20,000 nucleotides of DNA from Spongospora subterranea f. sp. subterranea (lineage: Eukaryota), in contig JAUGWO010000114.1 in NCBI GenBank assembly GCA_049724395.1, positions 44,535-64,534 on the forward strand, written 5' to 3'. A model generated the notes under the pieces. It worked only from the letters and a program-made list of their open reading frames with translations, did no database searches and was not told the DNA's origin. How positions within the stretch are numbered: position 1 is the stretch's first letter; each line of letters starts with the position of its first letter. Positions 1 through 8,632 of this stretch are shown in pieces. A program made the translations under genes and the position numbers.

Positions 1-204
1 TTTTGGCTCAACAGGCTGTATTGAGGGAAGGAGTGCCAAGGTTTCTTCGTCATTCGATTCGATTTCGTCAGCATAAGGTAAAATCTCTAAATTTCTATAG
101 CACTTCCTACATAAATGTCTGCTGCAAGCGGACATGTCAGCATTGCTTTCTAGGCCAAAAAATACAACGAGACCTTCATGACGTTGAACAGAACTCAGTA
201 CCAA

Positions 205-1745
205 GTGTATTGAGGGAAGGAGTGCCAAGTGTATTGAGGGAAGGAGTGCCAAATGTATTGAGGGAAGGAGTGCCAAGTGTATTGAGGGAAGGAGTGCCAA
301 GTGTATTGAGGGAAGGAGTGCCAAGTGTATTGAGGGAAGGAGTGCCAAGTGTATTGAGGGAAGGAGTGCCAAATGTATTGAGGGAAGGAGTGCCAAGTGT
401 ATTGAGGGAAGGAGTGCCAAGTGTATTGAGGGAAGGAGTGCCAAAGTGTATTGAGGGAAGGAGTGCCAAGTGTATTGAGGGAAGGAGTGCCAAGTGTATT
501 GAGGGAAGGAGTGCCAAGTGTATTGAGGGAAGGAGTGCCAAGTGTATTGAGGGAAGGAGTGCCAAGTGTATTGAGGGAAGGAAGGAGTGCCAAGTGTATT
601 GAGGGAAGGAGTGCCAAGTGTATTGAGGGAAGGAGTGCCAAGTGTATTGAGGGAAGGAGTGCCAAGTGTATTGAGGGAAGGAGTGCCAAGTGTATTGAGG
701 GAAGGAGTGCCAAGTGTATTGAGGGAAGGAGTGCCAAGTGTATTGAGGGAAGGAGTGCCAAGTGTATTGAGGGAAGGAGTGCCAAGTGTATTGAGGGAAG
801 GAGTGCCAAGTGTTGAGGGAAGGAGTGCCAAGTGTATTGAGGGAAGGAGTGCCAAGTGTATTGAGGGAAGGAGTGCCAAGTGTATTGAGGGAAGGAGTGC
901 CAAGTGTATTGAGGGAAGGAGTGCCAAGTGTATTGAGGGAAGGAGTGCCAAGTGTATTGAGGGAAGGAGTGCCAAGTGTATTGAGGGAAGGAGTGCCAAG
1001 TGTATTGAGGGAAGGAGTGCCAAATGTATTGAGGGAAGGAGTGCCAAGTGTATTGAGGGAAGGAGTGCCAAATGTATTGAGGGAAGGAGTGCCAAGTGTA
1101 TTGAGGGAAGGAGTGCCAAGTGTATTGAGGGAAGGAGTGCCAAGTATGTATTGAGGGAAGGAGTGCCAAGTGTATTGAGGGAAGGAGTGCCAAGTGTATT
1201 GAGGGAAGGAGTGCCAAGTGTATTGAGGGAAGGAGTGCCAAGTGTATTGAGGGAAGGAGTGCCAAGTGTATTGAGGGAAGGAGTGCCAAGTGTATTGAGG
1301 GAAGGAGTGCCAAATGTATTGAGGGAAGGAGTGCCAAGTGTATTGAGGGAAGGAGTGCCAAATGTATTGAGGGAAGGAGTGCCAAGTGTATTGAGGGAAG
1401 GAGTGCCAAGTGTATTGAGGGAAGGAGTGCCAAGTGTATTGAGGGAAGGAGTGCCAAGTGTATTGAGGGAAGGAGTGCCAAGTGTATTGAGGGAAGGAGT
1501 GCCAAGTGTATTGAGGGAAGGAGTGCCAAGTGTATTGAGGGAAGGAGTGCCAAGTGTATTGAGGGAAGGAGTGCCAAGTGTATTGAGGGAAGGAGTGCCA
1601 AGTGTATTGAGGGAAGGAGTGCCAAGTGTATTGAGGGAAGGAGTGCCAAGTGTATTGAGGGAAGGAGTGCCAAGTGTATTGAGGGAAGGAGTGCCAAGTG
1701 TATTGAGGGAAGGAGTGCCAAGTGTATTGAGGGAAGGAGTGCCAA
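205..1745. repeat. Tandem array of a 24-bp unit GTGTATTGAGGGAAGGAGTGCCAA, 64 copies, plus an orphan copy at 17-40
   Basis: Directly visible. Units are near-identical, with four small indels (net +5 bp) and a recurrent G>A variant (CCAAATGTA). The 24-bp period explains all the repetitive ORFs at 3-1832. Confidence 0.98.
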
Positions 1746-1751
1746 AAGGAG

Positions 1752-1983
1752 TGTACTGTACGGGATTATACATTGGTACAGTACCACCAGTGTACCACAT
1801 ATGAGGACTGAAATCGGAGGCCGGTGCGTCAAGTGATCGGGTGTTGATAGATGGTAGCGGTTAAAGGGTGTCGACTGTACTGTACGGGATTATACAGTGG
1901 TACAGTACCACCAGTCTACCACATATGAGGACTGTAATCGGAGGCCGGGTGCGTCAAGTGATCGGGGTGTTGATATAAGGTAG
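1752..1983. repeat. Two-copy direct duplication (period 124 bp), each copy starting with a 9-bp-stem hairpin
   Basis: 1752-1857 is nearly identical to 1876-1983 (TGTACTGTACGGGATTATACA...GTGTTGATA). GTACTGTAC (1753-1761) pairs with GTACAGTAC (1776-1784). Confidence 0.93.
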
Positions 1984-2029
1984 AAGGGGGGTGCCGGTGA
2001 TTCATTGCTGAACGGGAACGGCCAGCGTT

Positions 2030-3312
2030 ATGGATGATGACCCCTCGCTGCTTTGCTCGGTCCGAGTTGCGGTCGAGACGCCGTTGGCGGCTGAAGGACG
2101 CGAGCCCGTTATTTGGTTTAAGTCTCGACCGGCACACGAGGCAAGCTTACCGATCGCTTTGATTCACGCTAAGCCCTCAAGTGAGAGCTACTCAAATTGT
2201 GGCTCCATCCCAGTGAATGTCCCCGCCAATTTTCTGGCATATAAGCTACGCCCGGTTCATTGTGGTCCTTCTGTAATATTCCTCAATGCTGAGGATACCC
2301 TGCATTCTATCAGATGAAGCTGGTTAATCCTGCATTAACTTTATGGGTTTTATGTCGTGATGATAGTATATCAGGTTGGGTGAAGCGCCGTCTCTGGGAA
2401 GCGTCTTTTGCCAGAAATATAACACTACGAATCGTGGATACTGGTAAATTCGAGCTGTTAGCGACAAAGGATGGCCTCGAGGATATCCTCTACGATGGCC
2501 TAAAAATCGACATGCCCGATATTGTGCTTGTCCGAACTGGCGCCTCTGTCGATTATTTTGGTCTCGCCGTTGTTCGGCAAATTGAGAAAATGGGCGTCAC
2601 AGTTGTCAATGGTTGTCAAAGCATTGAAATCTCTCGTGATAAGCTTCAGACAATGCAAGTCATGGCTGCTCATGGGCTTCCAATAGCTAAAACTCTACTC
2701 GCTAAGTTTCCAATTAATTTAAAAGTTGTTGAAGACAATTTCGTCTATCCGATCATCGTAAAAAAAAGCTCCGGATCGCAAGGAAAGGGAATCATTTTGG
2801 TTAAGGATCACGAACATCTTGAGGATTTGGCCGATCTTTTAGACCCTAAAGAGCCGCTGATATTCCAGGAGTTTTTGTCCCACAGCAAAGGCAGGGATCT
2901 GCGGGTCCTGGTTGTTGGTGGACGCGTTGTGACATGTATGATGCGCGTTGCAAACAAAGGTTTCAAAGCCAATGTCCATCAAGGAGGAAGTGTTCGTCCA
3001 GTTACTATATCGCCTCAAGTTGAGTGGCTCGTTCTGGAGGCTACACGCCTAACCGGGCTGGACATTGCTGGAGTCGACTTGCTTATCGACAAAGACACCT
3101 ATAAGATCTGCGAAATCAATTCGTCCCCGGGATTCGAAGGTCTTGAAAGCGCAACAGGTTTCGACGTTGCTTCGGCCACACTCGCCTATATCAAACTAAG
3201 GATGGGATTATATCGCATACCTCATCGTCGAACCTTGAAGCCGTTGATGAGTTCGTTCGAAGTTGAAGTCGAAGACAATCATCGTGATGAACCCAAGCCC
3301 AATACTGTATGA
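2030..3312 (+). CDS. rimK: RimK-family ATP-grasp (alpha-L-glutamate/amino-acid) ligase; probable exons 2030-2254 and 2314-3312
   Basis: The 2314-3312 ORF has RimK motifs: SRDKLQTMQ, PIIVKKSSGSQGKGI, IFQEFL, DLRVLVVGG, FKANVHQGG, IAGVDLL, ICEINSSPGFEG. The upstream ATG ORF at 2030 can be joined in frame by a GT..AG intron at 2255-2313 (alternative donor 2273). The 5' exon is inferred. Confidence 0.9.
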
Positions 3313-3457
3313 TCATAGTGTTCGATATTGGTTGGCGACTAATTCAATGATGTATAAATTGTCAGAAGCATGCCCCCCCTTTTTGTGTTTTGAATGTTTG
3401 TTCAAAGCCCATTTGTACCAGGTTTGACAACGGCTGTTTGTTGTTCCATTCACCGTC

Positions 3458-5049
3458 TCAACTTTTTCTTCTATCGCTGTTTGCCCGGTGCCATTTTGGC
3501 GTTATACTGCACATAAATCGGTTGACGAACATGTTTCGGTTTTGGACGACATATCCTACCAGCAATGTAAAGCCTGATGCCGCCACACCGATGACCTATG
3601 CGTTATTGTGAAAAACATGGCCCAACTAGCTGGATCCAATCTAACCCGGCAAATGAAGGTCCAGTTGATGTCGACGGCGTGTCCAAGCGCGATTTGTGCT
3701 CTGGTATAGCGCATTCGGCGCTTCATGATGATCAGATCGAGTTGTGTAGCCGAATCGCATCCAGGGAACATATTTGGGGCCAGATCAGGGATCTCACTGT
3801 CCATTCGGGAATTGACTGAGGCGGCGCTGATCTGATTCAGGATTAGTTGGCAGTTCCGTGTCGGTGGGAATCCAATTGAACCGACCGCGAGCAGCAGCAT
3901 GATTGCGGCGATCAAGAACGCCATCAGCGTGAATGTGGCTTGATTCGCCCATCCGCCCATCCCTACCAAAATGATCTGCCGGGACAGGAACAGCATCTGG
4001 CAAAGGGAATCCGCTGGAAAAGGGTTGGGCCAATCGCACCCACTCTACTGACCGTGGCGAAACTGATCAGGAACAGTGCAGTTAACAGGAACGATAGCTG
4101 ATCGCTGATGTATTCGATCGAGCCGGATATCTCATCGAATGATTCCATGAACCTAATCAGTCCGGGTTTCGCCTGATTAACGTGCTGTGCTTGGCACATA
4201 TCGCCCTGACGAGATCGATATCAGTTCCAAATCTCTTGTTGACCGATCCGTTCCGCTAACGCCCCTTACTTTCAGCGCGTCGGTTCGTTTGATCATCATT
4301 TGGAGTATGGCGAATATGGACACGACCGGCAGGGTTAAAGTGCCCGTCGCCAACGTCAATATTACACACAGGAACAGACGAACATAGAACGGCTCGTACA
4401 AAGGGTTGAGGTCTTCGTGGGCAACGTCAAATCGGGGCGGGCGGTGGAACCGTGGCGATTACCTGTGGCGATGTCGGGGAAGGAATAGATCGGGAGAAGG
4501 AGGATAGATATGATGAAAATAGAACTGATCACGTTCAACACGATCGTTAACGGGATCAGTTTACACAGCAGCCCCTCGAGCCATTCGCTATCGGCCTCAC
4601 ACCTGATGGCCGTTCGCAACAGCCCGTGCACGAACGTATCGGAGCGGAACGATTTCCTGAGGAATCCCCTGAACACGATCAAGGCTGAACGAGATGGAGC
4701 CATTGATGCTCGAAAACAACAAGGGCACATACACATTGATTGCCAGGATCACCAGTAAAATAAGGAAATACAATATCGCTAAATACAAGTTCGGATGGCG
4801 ATCGTTGAACAGGACCTCGAATGCGGAAACGACAGTGATGATGAGAGATGTTGTGTTCAGCAATCGGCACATTAGGTTGGGGCGAGCGCTTTTTGAAGTC
4901 GGAACCAGGAGATAGATGCAGAATAAGAGATATAATCGACGAGCCCATGGACCGGGGCTATAGCAGAATTGATCGGTGTCGGGTTTATCCTCCACGATCG
5001 AGATTTGTGAGGAGGTCGTGACAAACGGCGCCCTGCGCCTACCGGGCAT
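3458..5049 (-). CDS. 7-TM membrane protein (~436 aa), candidate gustatory receptor-like (GRL)/7TMIC ion channel; exons 5049-4636, 4574-4463, 4412-4270, 4205-4053, 3996-3646, 3595-3458
   Basis: Five ORF fragments plus a short last exon join in frame through five GT-AG introns of 50-64 nt (intron 1 boundaries are least certain). There are seven hydrophobic segments plus an N-terminal S0-like helix. The C-terminus QIALGHAVDINWTFICR|VIGVAASGFTLLVGYVVQ resembles the split TM7 of Gr/Or/DUF3537 proteins. The gene model is more secure than the family call. Confidence 0.7.
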
Positions 5050-5281
5050 CGTCACCTCAATCTGAAACTCACTGAGGTACTCTTGGCAATCCCTCTAAAT
5101 TCCTGACTTTAAAGGCGAATCTTCGCTCATGTGATGTGATCTGACAGATTAACAATTCATCACGATATGGGAAGATGATCCGCCCAATTTCTACGGAAAA
5201 CCAGTTCGACATTCCCGATCGACCAACAACTCTGGAGTCCGCAGTGTGGTCAGGCGGTGTCGGAACGGCATAGCGCCATCC

Positions 5282-6509
5282 ATGGAGATCAGTGTGGTAT
5301 CGGCATGGGCCAGCGTCTGTGCTGGTTCGCCAGGGCCGTTATCGGCCGCCATCTCATCGGCGCTGGCGCGATCTTCGTGGGCTAGACAGCCGCTCACGGT
5401 TGACCATATCGTTCAACAGCTCCCGAGCGCCACAGAAGCCGACGTCAATTTCATATTTCGGACCCTACCGGTATCAAAATACGTGAATAGCCAGGGTAAA
5501 GCTGGTATGAGAAGAAAAACGGCCAATTTTGTCGTCGTAATTGCAGTTAATCGGCTCTACAGAACTGGTGTTGAAGTTCCATTCGCTTGCCACGATCATC
5601 GGGGTTGACGATCTGCATATCATGGCGGTGCTTCGATCGGGGCCCGTTCAGGAATCGCACTCGGTTCGGTGGGCGATATCGGCGATGTCCCCGCGCGGGC
5701 TGACCAATGAGTTCGGCGATATCGTCCCGATTCTGATCCGGCTATTGGGCCAGCACAAACCCCACGATACGCGTATCGCATTGGAATCGTTCCAGCTCAT
5801 ACTCAGAGATGTCGACCTGCCGGTTCTAAGGTGGCAATCCGCCTTGATTCTGGAGGTCTTGAAGAAAGAGGTGCAGATGCGCGATCCCGAAACGGAAGAG
5901 CTTGCAATGGCGACGTTCATCCAGGCGCTGACCAGGATTCTTCCGCGTCAGCGCCCTCGTGGCGAGGAACTCGTTCGCGCTATATCACTGATCATGAACG
6001 AGATTCACTACCTTTCGCTATCGGGAACAGATTATCTTGCCCACACCGACCGCTGCTCAGTATTCCTTCAAGCCTTTACCCATCTGCTGGCGTTGGCCGG
6101 GACGGAATCCGTTCTCCATCTCAAGATGTTCCTCCCGTGCCTGTTCGTGTTCCTGGAGCACCATTCCGATGAGGTCAAGGCGCACGCTGTGTGTTCGCTG
6201 AACATGCTGATGAAGGTCGCCTGGCCCAGAATGGGTTATCATTGCGGGAAGATCTTGGAGGGAATCGGGCGCGCAATCATTAAGAACCGCATCTACAAAG
6301 GAGACCAGCACATCACCGATATGCTGCTGGATTCGCTGGCGTTGCTCAAACAATTATCGGGACCGAAATTCGACGAGATCGCAGAACCATGTCGATCAGC
6401 TAATATACTTGACGACGTTTTCAACAGATTACCCGACACGTATAATCACGATCAGACCATCCCAACAGTCATTAAATGGGATTCACAATTTATCTACAAT
6501 AAATATTAA
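5282..6509 (+). CDS. TTI2: TTI2-like (TELO2-interacting protein 2, TTT co-chaperone) HEAT/ARM-type protein; exons 5282-5470 and 5547-6509
   Basis: Helical Leu-rich 322-aa ORF with C-terminal LHLKMFLPCLFVFLE...LNMLMKVAWPRMGYH, matching the WPR motif region of Tti2. A phase-0 intron at 5471-5546 (GTATCA..TTGCAG) joins it to an ATG exon. Confidence 0.7.
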
Positions 6510-6545
6510 ACTCGATATACATTGAGCAATCGTGTCGCCGACAGC

Positions 6546-7658
6546 TCACTGTACAACATGGGCGGGTGTTGTTGTGGGCAGGACGACCGGCTGGTGATTG
6601 TGATCGTGCTGCGATAGGAAGGTGTTCACCATACCGATGGCGTCCATTACGATATGGTATGCACTTCTGGGATCGTCGTGATCCAGCATTAGGGATCGCT
6701 TCCATCGCGACGATACGGGGGTGGACGAGAACAGATTCTGCAGAGGATGTAACAACGAGCGTCGATTCTCTGAACCAATTTGTTCCTGATCGTAAACGAA
6801 TAACCCGTATTTGATCGCCGCTTCTAATCGCTCGGCTATGAAATCGTTCGAATCGCTCTCAGATACCGAATGTTCCAGTTTCCAGAGGACGAACGGGTTA
6901 TCCCGTATGGATCTGCCGAGCATGACGCCTTTCATCAGATCGCCGCTCGCGCGGACGTCCGCCAACGTGGCGATCTCCCCGTTGATGACGATATCGAGAT
7001 GGGGATAGTCGCCAGCCAATCGCCGAACAACATCATGGCGCAATGGGGGAACCGATCGATTGTGCTTGGGATTGACAGCGAGCAGCGCCTTGCGAGCGTG
7101 AACAACGAATCGCCGGACGCCAGCACTGGCGATGCGGTCGATAAATTCCGATAGAAACTCGTACGAATCCTGACCATCGACCCCGATACGACATTTGATG
7201 CTGATCGGGACCTGAACCGAATCGACGACGGCCTGGACCGATTGTTGGATGGATTTGTCCAACATGAGACAAGCGCCGAATCGTCCATGTTGTACGGCCG
7301 ATGATGGACAACCCATGTTCAGGTTAACTTCGTTATACCCAGCGTGCTGACAATGCTGTGCCGCTTGGGATAGATGATCGGGATCACGACCGCCGATCTG
7401 AGCGACCGAATGTTCTGGGTGGGAATAACGGCGCAACGCCCTGGATCTGGTGAGATCATCGCCCATTGTCAGTGAGCGATCCACGATCATCTCGCTATAC
7501 AATACGGCGCGTGGGCTGAGTAGCCAGCAGAGATGGCGGAAAGCGGGGGTTGTGATCTGACACCAGATGACGGTCAGAAACACGGCCAGAGGATATGGTG
7601 ATCAATCGCTGGCCCAGACCTTCATCATTGGTGCGACATGTATTGGAACTGGAACCAT
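6546..7658 (-). CDS. dusA: tRNA-dihydrouridine synthase, DusA-like FMN-dependent; exons 7658-7620 and 7556-6546
   Basis: Motifs LYSEMI, QIGGRDP, EVNLNMGCPS, FGACLM, IKCRIGVD, FVVHARKA, NRSVPPL, VINGEI, GVMLGR. A 63-nt intron (7557-7619) restores the N-terminal HVAPMM motif. Confidence 0.92.
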
Positions 7659-7763
7659 TTCCAGGGAACCCACCTTATCTCTCAACCTCTTCAACACCCT
7701 CTCAGGTTCAAGTTTGAATTCAGGTTCAGGTTATCCTCTCCGTTGCGCCATGAGCCCATCGCT

Positions 7764-7934
7764 GCCATGAACTTGCGCTGTCGTGCCATGAAGTTGCGCT
7801 GTCGTGCCATGAAGTTGCGCTGTCGTGCCATGAAGTTGCGCTGTCGTGCCATGAAGTTGCGCAATCGTGCCATGAAGTTGCGCAATCGTGCCATGAAGTT
7901 GCGCTGTCGAATTCCCACGAAGTTGCGCCGTCAT
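7764..7934. repeat. 21-bp minisatellite GCCATGAAGTTGCGCTGTCGT, 7 copies plus one degenerate copy, upstream of dusA
   Basis: Directly visible. Copies 5-6 share a TG>AA variant. Confidence 0.95.
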
Positions 7935-8045
7935 CCGACTGTCACGAGGTGGTGAAGTGGCGATCACTTTTGGGTGGCCATTGTGGATCACAAACAGATG
8001 TAATCGCCGTCATGTTATAGGGAGTCTGTTGTTGTTTGACTCTTA

Positions 8046-8632
8046 AACAGGAGACTTCCCAACTTTTCTCAAGTATGTTTTGGGGTAGCTCCTGGAATTT
8101 ATTATGGTTCTAATCGTTGCTCTCAAATACCCAATCGGGGTTGTGGTTGAGGGTCATACTGTTAGGAACTGTGCCCGAGATACACAATTACCAACTGACC
8201 CAAAATGTACTATGGTGGCTGTCGGCCATCATTATCTGGTCCTTACAACCTAACACTTTCGGATCATGAAAGTGTCCCCCGTTAACGAGCGACCCCCCAT
8301 GATTTTCCCAGCCCCTGTGCGACTTCCTACAATATCCTCTGATAATGAACATATAAACGAGAGAACAGAGAGTTGAGAAAGGAAGAACAAGACGAAACAA
8401 TCCAGTGAGGCGGTGGATGTCAGGCCAATTAAAGATATAGAGGGGCCAACCCCCTATACCATAATATATGTAAACCGCGACTGACCCCCCTGCCAACATT
8501 CCAGGAATCGAACTCGCGACCTTCATAGCCATCATATTGTTCATCCACATATTTACAACAACAGTTAAAAGATCACAATAAATTTCAGGAGCTAGCAAAA
8601 CACAGGTGAGAGAAGTTGGGAAGTCTCCTGTT
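8046..8632. mobile_element. MITE-like non-autonomous element (~590 bp) bounded by terminal inverted repeats
   Basis: AACAGGAGACTTCCCAACTT (8046-8065) is the exact reverse complement of 8613-8632, and imperfect pairing continues for about 60 bp. The interior has a diverged second copy at 16061-16191. No TSD recognised. Confidence 0.7.

Noticed and set aside
205..1745. Telomere or CRISPR interpretation of the 24-bp array
   Set aside because: There are no spacers, so it is not CRISPR. It has unique DNA on both sides and its G-rich strand points toward the genes, which does not fit a terminal telomere here.
3..1832. Long repetitive ORFs (VLREGVPS, LALLPSIH, CIEGRSAK, TWHSFPQY repeats)
   Set aside because: These are artefacts of a 24-bp unit that is stop-free in several frames on both strands. 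Frame-breaking indels are tolerated and there is no synonymous variation.
5648..7311. Numerous short ORFs overlapping TTI2 and dusA
   Set aside because: These are shadow or alternative frames of well-supported genes with no motifs of their own.
2030..7658. Prokaryotic operon (rimK + dusA, overlapping ATGA at 2314-2317)
   Set aside because: The genes alternate strands, contain GT-AG introns and include eukaryote-specific TTI2. The ATGA overlap coincides with a splice acceptor.
8495..8565. Functional tRNA gene
   Set aside because: Only the T-loop/B-box region matches; I could not form an acceptor stem, D-arm or anticodon arm.
8188..8598. 136-aa minus-strand ORF as a real gene
   Set aside because: It lies wholly inside the TIR element, starts within the TIR at a non-ATG codon, and the second copy of the region has frame-breaking indels.
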